The notes under the pieces were generated by a model. That model did no database searches. It was not told the DNA's origin and saw only the letters and a program-made list of their open reading frames with translations. DNA of 64,000 nucleotides from assembly GCA_964016885.1 (NCBI GenBank), contig OZ024755.1, forward strand, positions 24,304,001 through 24,368,000, read 5' to 3'. The first letter of the stretch is position 1. Every line of letters starts with the position of its first letter. This document shows positions 37,915-50,270 of this stretch, piece by piece. Both the position numbers and the translations under genes were made by a program. This stretch comes from Eledone cirrhosa (Eukaryota).

Positions 37915-38465
37915 ACTTCATCATTCTATGGATGATTTCAATGGACATGTTGGACAGCAACAAGATGACTACAATGGCTATGGAATTGGCTCAAGGAATG
38001 AAGAGGATTCAAATTTCTTAATTAGTAATGGAGGAGGTTGCTTTGAAAGCATAGTAGCTCGAATAAAATCAGGTTAGAAAAATTTAGGGAACTACTGCTA
38101 CTGTTACTGTTGCCAACAGATTTTGTCAATGAGCAAAGGGTAGATTGTATGATGCTTGCGTGAGAAGTGTTATATTGCATGGCAGAGAATATATAGAGGT
38201 TAGAGAGAAATGAAGTGAGCATGCTCTGTTGTATTTGCTATGTTAGTGTACATGTGTGCTGTTTTGGACATGTGATGTGTATAGATAATAAACACTTGGT
38301 GAAGAAGTGTTAGGTGATGTCAGTAGAGGAAGATTGAGAAAGATTTGGGCAGAGGTGATTAGAGCTTATTTCAAAGCACTGGACCTCACGGTGGAGATGA
38401 TGAAGAAATGCTTCCAATGGAAGGAGGTTGTGTACACATGGAAATGGATGTAAAAATTATGATGA
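37915..38465 (+). mobile_element. RTE LINE remnants (endonuclease piece and 3' end)
   Basis: DFNGHVG...GYGIGSRNEE, then RLERNEVSML and FGHV motifs with a (GAT)n tail. Confidence 0.7.
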
Positions 38466-39829
38466 TATATATATACGCTATTAATTTTGATAGAATTACC
38501 TCCTCCTTTTTCATTCTCTTTCTTCCTCCCTCTCTTCCTCTCCTCTTCACCTCTTACTCCCTCTCTTTCTCCTCTATCTTTTTCTCCCTCTTGTTTTCCC
38601 TCTCTTTGCCTCTTATTCCCTAACTTTCTCTCTCTCATCACCTCTTACTTTCTCTCTTTATCCCTTTCTCTTCTTTTCCTTACATACCATAGGTATTCGT
38701 AAGTTCACCCTTTCCTCTTTTTCCTCTACCTATCTATTTATCTATCTATCTGTCTGAGTGTCTGTCTACCTATTTACTCATCTATCCATTTATCTATCTA
38801 CCTATATATCTACATTGCATAATAACTATGCATAACTCTCTCTTTTTGTCTCACTCTCTTTCTCTATTTTCCCAATCTATACAAAACTAAATGGTTTGGT
38901 GGTTATATTGTCATGGCTACAGCGGTTGGCATGGCTACATAACATTTCACTTTGTTTGATGCTGGGTAGGGGTGGTGTGATAAAGGAAAGTAACATTGTT
39001 ATTGTTGTAGTTTAGTCTCAGACAACCTTGATTGAACTAATCACTGATAAAAGACACTCCAGTCATGACAATCTCATATTTTAGGACATATCTACGACTA
39101 CATTAACCATGTCCTTTCCTTATTTAAGATTATAGTGCAAGATTTGAGGGAGACTTCACCTCTATTTCTTGCATGTTGATTGGCTCATAAAGAGAAATGA
39201 ATGATTGATTGTTTTAGACTCAGATCAACCTTGATCAAAAACAATCCAGCCATGACCATCCCATCTTTATTCTAGACAATTCAACAAGGGCCACATTAAC
39301 CAGCCTACACTTCTTTTCTAAGACTGTAGATTGTGATTTGATGGAGATTTGGTTGCTATTTCTACCAGGTCTAGCTAACATGTAGAGGTCTTCATCATTT
39401 ACTCATACATAGATAGTTGGGTGTGTTTTGAGGAAGATTTGGTTGCTATTTCTATCAGGTCTAGCTAACATGTAGTCTCCATCATTTACTCATACATAGA
39501 CAGTTGGGTGTGTTTTGAGGAAGATTTGGTTGCTATTTCTACCAGGTCTAGCTACCATGTAGAGGTCTCCATCATTGTCTCATACATATTTACATAAGAT
39601 GGTAGGTAGAATGTGAGTTGAGTGTGATTTGGTGGCTATTTCTAGCTAGTGTACTATGTAAAATTGTCATTCATTAAAACATCTGAGAAACTTCCTCTGG
39701 GATACAACCTGCTTAGGTGTGTGAGCTGTTTAAAAAGAAAAATGAATTATTAAATGATGGGAAATTAATTATTTTATTTTTGAAAATATTTGTCTGTCAC
39801 TGAGTTTGTTTTTCCGAATCACTTTCCAG

Positions 39830-39913
39830 GATTACGTCGGTTTCTACAGATCAGGAGGGAGGAATTTGCTCGCTGCATCTCCATCAGTGATATGATAGAC
39901 CCTGAGAGCAAAG
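39830..39913 (+). CDS. DUSP3-like phosphatase, predicted coding exon 2
   Basis: Acceptor actttccAG, donor AAG|GTAACA; 84-nt phase 1-1 exon encoding (G)LRRFLQIRREEFARCISISDMIDPESK(G). Confidence 0.7.
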
Positions 39914-41848
39914 GTAACATTTTATACTGTACTATATATACATACATGCATGTATACATACATAAATATATACATACATTCATATGAACAAGACCAGGAT
40001 AATGACACTGAAGCAACACCTTCAACAGAAGAAAAAGGTCAGCAACCATCTCACCCAGGTTTATGAACAAGAAAATAACATTGTTAGGATAGCTATTTCC
40101 TCTTTATCACGGGAATAGTATTTTTGTCTGCTTCCTGGATGGTTGTTGTAATGATTATCAATATCAATAGAAGGCAAATCTGGCAAACTCTTAAGAAATT
40201 GCGATTTGAATTCTGCACGCACACTATGATTATGACTTAATTGAGACATATCAAACTTTAGTTTTGTTTTAGATTTTTCAAGCCGCTTAAGTGACATCTC
40301 GATTTTCGTAATTATTGGGTTGTGATCTGAGTCAGGGTCAGCACCTGAACTGAATAAATAATGAAGAGGTTTTCAAGAGAGGGTGGATGGAATGTGAGAT
40401 ACTGCTCACTATTAAAAAGAGACAACTAATGTGCCTAGGACCTGCTATCAGGAAAGGCATGCTGGAAGACCTTTCCATGAGCGGAAACATTCCTAGGAAG
40501 CATGCCTGAGTCGTCAAAGGGTTCCTTTTTTTTGACAATTTCAACATCAAAGCCACAGAACTGCTCAAAGAGGAAGGTCATGAGTTAACAATAAATGTAG
40601 GCTGTGCAAAACAAAGATTGAAGATGTTAGCTACATTATTGCTAGCTGTGAAAGAATGTCTTATTATTACTACCTTATGTGGTATGATGTAATAACCAGA
40701 AAAATCTAGAATGTATTGACTTCTCAGATGGGTCAGGGACCTGCATCTTGCTTACATATGATCCTGCATTTTATCATAACACCAGCACTAGGGAGATTGC
40801 TATGTCTTTGACACAGTTGGAAGCCCTCCCAATTATATATAATGGACTGACCAATCTGTGGTATAATGAACTGGTCAACTTGTTCTATAATGGACTGGTT
40901 AACATTTTCTATAATGGACTGACCAGCTTGTGATATAGTGGACTGACCAACCTGCTCTATTATGGAAAACATAGAAAATCATCATCATTATTTTATTTGT
41001 TTTTTTTTCCATTATAATAATAGCTTCTGATTTAGGCACAAGGCCAGCAATTTTAGGAGAGGAGAAAGTCGATTAAATGGACCCCAGTGTATTACTAGTA
41101 CTTTATTTTATCGCCCCCTGTAACCTCGGCGAGATTTGAACTCAGAATGTAAGGGGATGTAAGCATATGCTGTAAAACTTTGTCTGACATTCTACCGATA
41201 TTGTTGTTATTAAGACAATGACAGTGACAGTGTAGTGATAGTGATGGTGACATGATGATGAAGGAGATGATGAAGACCACATTAAACGGAAAGGTTTGAT
41301 CAATGCTGATCTGGTGCTACACAACAACTGCAGCAATGAATATTGGCTACAATGTACAGTAAACAATTAATACTGAATTCTTCAATATTGATTTTATGCA
41401 GGAATTTTTATTAAATATATCATTGATATATTGTCTTAGCAATAATATTAATAATAGTTTCTCATTGACCGCAAGATCCCTGACCTCAATCGCTTGCCGA
41501 GTGGGATGGACCTCATTAATTGGACCAAGGAAACAATGTTTCCATTGGCCTTTCCATCGCTGATATTATCTAACAGTTGCAACTGGCAGAAAGAGCAACG
41601 TGAAATAAATTGTCTTGCTCAAGAACACAACTCAGCACCCAGTTCAAGAATTGAACTCACAACCTCACAATTGTGAATCCAGCTCTCTAACCAGTAAGCC
41701 ACGTGCCTTGTTGTTGATTCACTCCAGCCATGACCATTCCATCATAGTTTTGGACAAGTATCTGGGAGTACATTATCCAACGTATTCTTACATTTTTATA
41801 GTAGGATGTGGGTTGAGGAGAATTTGGTTACTATTTCTAGCAGACCAA

Positions 41849-42190
41849 GGGTTAGAATTAGGATTAGGTTTAGAGTTGATGTTAGGGTTTGGGTTAAGGT
41901 TTGAGTTAGGGTTTGAGTTAAGGTTAGAGTTAAGGTTAGGGTTAGGGTTAGAGTTAAGGTTAGGGTTAGGGTTTGAGTTAAGGTTAGAGTTAAGGTTAGG
42001 GTTAGGGTTAGAGTTAAGGTTAGGGTTTGAGTTAAGGTTAGGGTTAGGGTTTGAGTTAAGGTTAGAGTTAAGGTTAGGGTTAGAGTTAAGGTTAGGGTTA
42101 GGGTTTGAGTTAAGGTTAGAGTTAAGGTTAGGGTTAGGGTTTGAGTTAAGGTTAGGGTTAGGGTTTGAGGTAGAGTTTTAGTTAAGGTTT
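41849..42190 (+). repeat. Interstitial telomere-like hexamer tract (TTAGGG with TTAAGG/TTAGAG/TTTGAG variants)
   Basis: Direct inspection. Confidence 0.9.
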
Positions 42191-42444
42191 TTGATTGAGA
42201 TTGGGATGTTAGATTGTTTGAATCATTATCATCATTTTTATACCCACTTTTCAAGACCAGAAAGGTTGGAATGACCTGTCTTGTTCATACATTCCATATT
42301 TGGCATGGTTTCTATGACTTGATGCTCTTCCTAATGTCAATCACCTTACAGAGTAGATTGTGTGTATTTATACTGTATACAGAATGCATTGTGGCACCAG
42401 CTCTAGAGAGGTTGTCACACTCAAGGCCACACTGATGAGTCCTC

Positions 42445-43262
42445 TCAGACGCTATATTGCCTCCATTCAATTGCCAAACACTGTAGATCAGATGTTGTTT
42501 ACTCGAGAGAAGACTACGTTGGTATGGTCACGTGATGCGCATGAAAGACGACAGCTGTATAAAAAAGTGCAGGGCGATAAAAATAGACGGTAGCCATGGA
42601 GTAGGCAGACCCAGAAAAACCTGGGACGACTTGATAAATTCCGACCTCACACACTTACACCTCTCCAAGACAATGTCACTGGACCGAGATCTTTGGCGCT
42701 ACACAGTTATACAGAAGACCCGCCTTGCCTAAGTACAAAGCGAAACCTACAGTCAGTAGGCACCTCTAACAAACTACACCCCGTCCCACTACCCCCACCC
42801 CATCCACACCACCCCCTTAAATGTGAAGTTATGTTGGTACCACAACATCCAGTCCGAAACAAATGAGGTCATGTAGGTGTCACGACAAAAAAAAACACAC
42901 AGTCCACGCTGTAATGTGGTGTGTAGGTAACACGGTAAAAACCTCCCAGTCGACACTGTAAACGTGGTTGGTGTTGGGAAGGGCACCCAGCCGTAGAAAC
43001 CCGCCAGACGTGTAGGTGTCACGACAAAAAAACACACAGTCCACGCTGTAATTTGGCCGTGTAGGTAACACGGTAAAAACCTCCCAGTCCACACGGTAAA
43101 CGTGGTTGGTGTTAGGAAGGGCATCCAGCCGTAGAAACCCCACCAGACAGTCCTATACAAGCAGGACAACCAATCTTGCCTCAAGTGGGAAAACTCCCGT
43201 CCAAACCCATGCAAGCGTCGAAGATGGACGTTAAACGATGATGATGATGATGATGATGATGT
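42445..43262 (+). mobile_element. RTE LINE 3' end with 3'UTR and (GAT)n tail, internally duplicated
   Basis: RLRWYGHVMRM..GRPRKTW, then the ggtgttaggaagggcatccagcc 3'UTR shared with SINE tails; related copies at 17120-17515 and 29490-29750. Confidence 0.85.
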
Positions 43263-43946
43263 AAACTTTGGTCATTTGTCAAATTTATTTTTAGTGTCAC
43301 AGTGTTTGTGTTGGTTATATTTCTAAATCCCTTCACTTCAAATTCTTGATTATTTTCAAAATCACAAGCAGTGTCTTTCACTAGAAATATGGTTATGAAA
43401 GGGTTAACTGACCATTCCTTTGTGATTCCAGTTTTAGATTATACATTAATGACAGTATTGAGATATGAATACTACATTGATTGGATCGTATGAACAGATC
43501 AAATCGAAACTTCACACAAACTCATTGTTAAATGTCATAACAATTTAGATGTTTATCACAGAATAATATTAGAGAATATATTGCACACTTAGAGTGGAAC
43601 TAGCGGTATTTATTGCAGCTGAAAAAACTCTTAAACCTTCAATCCTGTAAAGACATAGCTTGCCAAAATTTCTCCATTAAAGATGTTGGTGCCATTTATA
43701 TAAAAAACATGCATCTTGTTTTTCATTTCATCGTTTTAAGTATATTTTTTCCCCATAAGATTAGAGAGGAAGACAAACAAGGAATTGCAGAGGACAATTG
43801 AAATAGAGCCAGGACTGAATGTTGTGAAGAGAAATGGAATGAGATAGCTGAGTCATGTGTTGAGGAGGGATAAATGTAACTGGGCGAGAGGAATAGAACT
43901 AGAACTGAATTTTATGAAGAGAAATAGAATGTTTAAATGATGTATA

Positions 43947-44128
43947 CCAGGATATATCCAGCCTCTTCAGACAGTCTTCCAAACATTATTTTTATGCAAG
44001 CCTGGGTTCTCTGGAGAATCCAGGGTGAATAAAAATAATGTATCACTCCATCTTGGGTTCTCCTGAGAACCAGGGTTGCATAAAAATAATGTTTGGAAGA
44101 GTGTCTGAAGAGGCTGGATATATCCTGG
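43947..44128. repeat. ~180-bp inverted repeat, each arm ending in a hammerhead 5' half (CUGAAGA GG CUGGAUAUAUCC)
   Basis: Arms of ~75 bp: ccaggatatatccagcctcttcagac...tgcaa / ttgca...gtctgaagaggctggatatatcctgg. Confidence 0.85.
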
Positions 44129-44169
44129 GATATATACTTATTCTTCACTATATACATATATATATATAT

Positions 44170-44452
44170 ATATCATCATCATTTTACATCTGCTTTTCCC
44201 TGCTTGCAAGGGTGGGACGGGAACTGATTCTGGCTTGATTTCTGCAGCTGGATGCCCTTCCTAAGACCAACCTCATTTACAGTGAGTGCTGGGTGCTTTT
44301 TTGCCGTGGCACTTCCACGACCACTTTACAGTGGAATGATATGGACCCCAGTCCCTATCATCTCATTTCTACAGTTGAGTAAACTGGAGCAATGTGAAAT
44401 AAAGTGTCTTGCTCAAGGAAACAACACATCACCCGGTCTGAGAATTGAACTC
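44170..44452 (-). mobile_element. tRNA-CORE SINE with RTE-derived tail, 5'-truncated
   Basis: Near-identical to 57432-57775 in reverse orientation. Confidence 0.9.
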
Positions 44453-44493
44453 ACCGGGTGATGTGTTGTTTCCTTGAGCAAGACACATATATA

Positions 44494-45798
44494 CGAGGGG
44501 GGGATCAAAAAGTTCGCGGAATTTTTCAGAAAATATTCTATTTTTCAAAAAATATGATTTACCTTCAATTTATTTTTCTACATAGTTGCCATCCAGGTCA
44601 ATACACTTCACAAGGCGATGCTTCCAGATTCGTAAGCCGTCTCTAAAGAAAGTTGAAGGCCTTGTTCGAAGCCATGTGTTGGCAGTGTTTTTAGCTTCTT
44701 CAACACCACTAAAACGGGTTCCTTTTAGCATTTCTTTGAGTTTTGGAAAGAGGAAAAAATCTGATGGGGCTAAATCTGGACTATAAGGCGGGTGAGGAAG
44801 CACTTCCCATCGAAATTCTCGAAGAACTTCTTTTGCAACCCGCGCAGAATGCGCTGGTGCATTGTCATGGTCAAACAAGATCCCACCATGAAGTTTCTCT
44901 TTTCGTTTCTCGACGAATGCCTCTTTCAGTTTTCCTTAAAACATTTGCATAGTAAGCTCCTGTCACAGTTCTTCAAGATAATCTATTAGTATCACCCCAT
45001 CTGAATCCCAGAAAATGGTGGCCATCACTTTTTTATCTGACTTTTGAGATTTGAACTTGATTGGCCCCGATGATCCACGTGGAAGCCACTGATTTGACTG
45101 CTGTTTGGATTCAGGATCATACTGGTAGATCCAGGTTTCATCTCTGGTGATGATTCTGGTCAGGAAATGCTCTTCATCAACTTCAATTTTGTTTAATATC
45201 GCCAAAGACAGATCACTTCGAAGAATCAGCTGATCAGGGCGCAATGCTTTTGGGACCCATCGCACTGAAAGCTTGCTTAGTCCCAAATTATCGTGCAGAA
45301 TTGAATTTGCCGAACCATATGAAATGTCTAGGGACTTAGCTAACCGATTAACTGTTATTCTTCGATCTTCTTCAATTAAAGTCTGAGCAGCCTCAACGTT
45401 TGGTAATTTTTTGATGTTCCTAGTCTTCCACTGCGATGGTCATCTTCAAGGTTGTCTCTCCCTTGTTTGAATCGCTGAATCCACTTGTAGACAGCAGTTT
45501 TCTTTGGAGCAGTAGTACCGTAAACTTTAACTAAAGCCTCCATAATCTGTGTCTCTTTACATTTGAGTTTCCTAGAAACTTGATATTCGATCTTATCTAA
45601 ACATAACTATTTTCCATTGTTCCAAAAAGAGGTTTTTTTAAAGTGTTTCACTACTGTACAATAGTCCACAAATAACTGACTACAAGTGACAATAGCAAGC
45701 TAAACACCCAGTGACAATGTTCTGACATGTTTAATATTGTTTTAACCTATTTTTTTCTTACTACAATAAAATTCCGCGAACTTTTTGATCCCCCCTCG
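44494..45798 (-). mobile_element. Full-length mariner (DD34D) transposon, transposase frameshifted
   Basis: TA TSDs; ~30-bp TIRs CGAGGGGGG(G)ATCAAAAAGTTCGCGGAATTTT; 1305 bp; WVPKAL, ITRDETW, HDNAPAH and YSPDLAPSD motifs with 34 residues between the last two D. Confidence 0.97.
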
Positions 45799-46534
45799 TA
45801 TATATATAAAGGAAAGGCATTGATTGTCTGATAAAATCAAGGATGCCATGTTTCCATTGGTCTTTTCATTTCTGATACTATCTGCTGGCTACAACTCCTG
45901 GTAGAAAAAAATTGATTAAACGAAGCCAAAAAAATTGAACAAAACATTCCTGTCATGCTAACATTGGAAATAGATATATAGAAAAGGATTAAAATCAAAT
46001 AAAATGTTACTATATATACATTTTCATGTCCATACTAATTATTTAATCATATTGGGAAAGACAAAAATATGAGATATTTCAATAAAATCTTAGTTGCTAT
46101 ATTCTTATTTCAGTTTTCTTAGTGATTTGAAATGCTTCATTTTGCTTCCATTGTCTTTCTACTCTTGTATTAATTTACTTTACATCATCCAGACAACTTA
46201 TTGATTACAATTATCATTATTAGCACAGCTTTATATAGGATTGTCTTTCTACTTATTATTTTATCATCACCATCATTGTCACCGTCACCATTTTCGTTGT
46301 CTTTGTCATCATTATCATCACCATTGTCATCAGCACCACCATAACTATCACCATCATCTTTCTCTACTTCCAATATATATATTATGGACATAAAAAAATA
46401 TATAAAGTAACATTTTTTATATTAATTTTTTATGACTATTTTTTATGTTAGAATGATTGCATTTCCTTGTTTTGTTTTTGTTTGCTATTTGTATTTATTA
46501 ATCAAATTTCTCTATTATTGAGACAGAGTTGGCA

Positions 46535-46812
46535 CACGGGTATTTAGTACCCTAGGCTATCTTTACAGTGTGTGCATGGGTATTTAGTGCCCTAAGATAA
46601 CTTTACAATGTGTGCATAGGTATTTAGTGCCCTAAGATAACTTTACAATGTGTGCATAGGTATTTAGTGCCCTAAGCTAGCTCTACAATATATGCATGGG
46701 TATTTAGTGCCCTTGGGCTATCTCTACAATGTGTACATGGGTATTTAGTGTCCTAGGCTAGCTCTACAATATATGCATGGGTATTTAGTGCCCTAGGCTA
46801 GCTCTACAATGT
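46535..46812. repeat. 40-bp minisatellite, ~7 copies
   Basis: gggtatttagtgccctaggctagctctacaatgtgtgcat variants. Confidence 0.9.
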
Positions 46813-47119
46813 GCCCACCTTTATCGAAGTTATGCAACCCATTCTCACAAATAAAATAATTTCAATTCAATTTGGTAATCTAGGTTTATACTTCTTTCTC
46901 TGACCACAGTAATAAAATTACTAAGACTGTATTTTCTATTACACATACACTACACAATTTATTATAATCTAATGTAACTATGACTACACTGTTATATTCT
47001 AATGTAACTATGACTACACTATATGTTATATTTTAATGTAACTATGACTACACTATATGTTATATTCTAATGTAACTATGACTACACTACACAATATATT
47101 ATGTGTTATATTCTAATGT

Positions 47120-47403
47120 AGTGCATCAGCGTTTCCTTGAGGCTCGGTCTCCGGATCTGCGAGCCACACCAATGTTGCTGCGGATCCACCGTGGTCTCTT
47201 TTGGCCTCCACCTGCTTTCCTGTCGCCACAGTGCCGGCCGCCTTCTATGCCATGCTGCCCTCAACGAGGTCATAAAGCATGGCTTGGACGCTGCAGGCTT
47301 CCCTTCCCAGCTCGAGTCGGTGGGAATGGACCGACGGGACGGCAAAAGGCCAGATGGCATGACCATCTTCCCGTTCCGTGGTGGCAAACCCCTTGTCGCA
47401 TAA
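47120..47403 (+). mobile_element. CRE-like retrotransposon internal fragment (Zn-knuckle and RLE)
   Basis: LRLGLRICEPHQCCCGSTVVSFGLHLLSC...HAALNEVIK..L..AGFPSQLE..G..R.DGKRPDGMTIFPF. Confidence 0.88.
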
Positions 47404-48018
47404 CATTCCATATTTAGGTATCCAGATTAATAGAAGAGAAGGAATGTATAACAGAAGAAAACGTATTGTTAAAATAATTATAGAATACGTACGTTATAGT
47501 AAAATAGCGACTGTCTTATGATTCAATATTATGTAAGGTAAAACCTTTACCATGAAAATACAATAGTATATTTAATAATAGGTGCCCAAACTCCAATGAA
47601 AGGGTAGTATAGCTATGTCTACTATAGCTTTGATCACTATGACTACACTACACCATATATTATAATGTGTTATATTCTAATGTAACTATGACTACACTAC
47701 ACAATATATTATATTTTATATTCTTCATAATTGACAATGATAACATAATAGACAAAATTTTGACAATGACATTTATTGACACATTGTTGACAAAATGGTA
47801 TGCATGGACAACTGTTGGTCTTTTACAAACAAACCTTGTCGAAGCTTGTGTCTCAGAGGGAAACTTTCTAGGTGTAAAACCATGGCCGTTCATGACCAAG
47901 GTGGGGGCAGGGGCTTTTATACATTTGGGTGCACACATTTCAAATTTGCAATACTCCCATGCTTGCTAAGTCAACCAGTTATATATATATATATGTATAT
48001 ATGTGTGTGTGTGTGTGT

Positions 48019-48300
48019 GGAGGCATGTGGCTTAGTGGTAAGGGTGTTGGACTTACGATCATTATGTCGTGGGTTCGATTCCGGGGCTGCATGTTGTGTT
48101 CGTGAGTAAAACACTTCATTTCACTTTGCTCCGGTATACTCAACTGAAAATGAGTACCAGCAATAACTGGGGGTTTAACCCTGCAATGGACTGGCACCCT
48201 GTCTAGGGGGGAGTCTGGTACTCTCAGTAGCTTCATGCCATGAAACCAGGATAAACACCGGCCAAATGAGCCTTCTGGCTTAAGACAGACTTTAGACTTT
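48019..48300 (+). mobile_element. tRNA-derived SINE
   Basis: tggcttagtggt A-box, gggttcgattcc B-box, aaatgagtaccag core, (ttagact) tail. Confidence 0.85.
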
Positions 48301-48360
48301 ATATATATATATAAAATAAAATAAGGACGAGTGGTTACACTTTCATTATGTTTATTGGTT

Positions 48361-48450
48361 GGAGATGTGCGTTTCGCCACTGATCAGCTCAAGGTTCGAT
48401 CTGTATCGATCTAGCCTGACTCTGTTGTAATCCACAGCTCGTCAGACTCC
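48361..48450 (-). ncRNA. Hammerhead ribozyme relic with very long stem II
   Basis: GGAGU CUGACGA GC...(~60-nt irregular hairpin)...GC GAAA CGCACAUCUCC; paralogous to 57928-58010. Confidence 0.6.
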
Positions 48451-48561
48451 TTATAATAGTAATGAAAAAGTGATTAAATGATTATACATGATATATATAT
48501 ATATATTTGTCAGTCTGTATGTTTGACATTTTTCTGTAAATTCTATTTCTCATTATCAAAG

Positions 48562-48730
48562 GTAGCACCGTCATCAAAGATGGGGACATGTCATATAATA
48601 CAGAAACATATAAAAAGATTCATGAAATTCTACGTTCCAATAATATTGACCAATATGGCTGGGTGTTCACTTTTCATTCCATGCCAGGACAATATGATGA
48701 AGTCTTCCCAGGAATTCTTTTAGGAAACAG
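48562..48730 (+). CDS. DUSP3-like phosphatase, coding exon 3
   Basis: AG acceptor at 48560-61, donor CAG|GTAAGT; encodes ...MPGQYDEVFPGILLGN(R), the DSP-domain N-terminal EV.P.I..G motif. Confidence 0.92.
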
Positions 48731-48831
48731 GTAAGTGGTATGTTTACTTCAATCTTTGGTTCAATGCAGTGGATTGGCAGATCCATTACTGTTTGACAAA
48801 ATACCTTAGTATTTCTCCTAACTCTCTAGAC

Positions 48832-49289
48832 CAGTGGTTCCCAATCGTTTTTGTTCCATGCCCCACCTCAACATCTAAAAAATATTTATGCCCCCCTTTG
48901 ATATGAAAACAAACTGAGTTTTGTAAAAGTGTAATTACTGTTATACAGTCAGCATTTTCAATAGGGTCATTACAATAGGTAATGATTTTATAACAGATTA
49001 CCAGAAAAGTAACTACAGTTTGTAAATGATAATACTTTGCAGAAGAGAACATGTTTCACTCAACTTTCTCACTCGACGTGCAACTGCGATCTGTGACATG
49101 CGATGCAGCAATGATCAAAATCAATTGCAAAGTATAAACAAACTGCTCATAGGTGCTGCCAGATACATGATAACATGTGCAGACGAAGTGTAACTGGAAA
49201 TTTGGTTGTATTATATCACTTTCAAATTGCACCCTATTATATTCAAATTGCTCCCTTGTGGGGTGTGCGCCCCACCTTGGGAATCACTG
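48832..49289. mobile_element. hAT (Charlie-like) MITE
   Basis: TIRs CAGTGGTTCCCAA / TTGGGAATCACTG; 8-bp TSD CTCTAGAC/CTCTAAAC. Confidence 0.85.
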
Positions 49290-50270
49290 CTCTAAACTCT
49301 GAGTTTAAATCTTGCTGAGATCAGCTTTTCCTTTCATCCTGTTAGAGTCAGTAAATAAAGTGGCTGTCCAGGGGCAGTGTATTGGCAGGATTGTTGAAGA
49401 GTCAGACAGGATGCTTTAAAGTATCTTTGCTGAGCATTCTGAGTTTAAATCTTACCTTATTCTGCCTGAATGCAGATAGTACCAACAATGAAAAGGCAAA
49501 TGGAAACATTGTTTCTTTGGACTGATCTAATGATCAGCACCTTTCTTTTCTTTTCATATATAAGTACAGTTTCTGTGATGAGTTGCAACTGGCAGATAGT
49601 ATAAGCAATGGAAAGTCCAATGGAAACATTGTTTCCTTGGGCTGATATAACAATCAACTCCTTACTCCAGCCTGAAGTTATGACCAGCAGATAGTACCAG
49701 CACTGGAAAGACAAATGCAGACAGTGTTTCCTTGGGCTGATCTAACAATGAACTCCTTTTTCCAACCTGAAGTTGTTCTAATGAAAGGCACCTAGAGATG
49801 TAAAGTACCCCCAGAGGTGGAAAAAAGTGAACAGAGGCCATTACACTAAAAATTGCTAGGCACTAATTCTGTCTATTAAATGGAAGTAGTGACCAGTGAG
49901 TCTGTAGTGTAGTGGTTAATACACATGTCTGGCACCTAAGAAATACATTGTTAGACTCCTCTCAGGTACTTCTGTCCACAATTTCCATCTCCAAAGCAAT
50001 TTTACCCAATTTTCTCAACTATTATTTATAGTGATCTACTGTTTGGCAGAATCGGTAGAGCGTCAGACAACATGCTTCTTGGCATAGTTACGTCCCTTTA
50101 TGTTCTGAGTTCATATCTCACTGAGGTTAGCTTTGCTTTTCACCCTTATAGAGTCGATAAAATAAAGTATCAGTAATGCTCTGAGGTCGATGTAATCGAC
50201 TTTCCTCTCCCACCAAAAAACTGTTGACCTTGTGCCTAAATCAGAAATCATTATTATATTTTGGTTTCAG

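Noticed and set aside
42432-42455. CTGATGA-GTC..GAC as a hammerhead
   Set aside because: GCTA replaces GAAA, and the site lies at the edge of RTE coding sequence.
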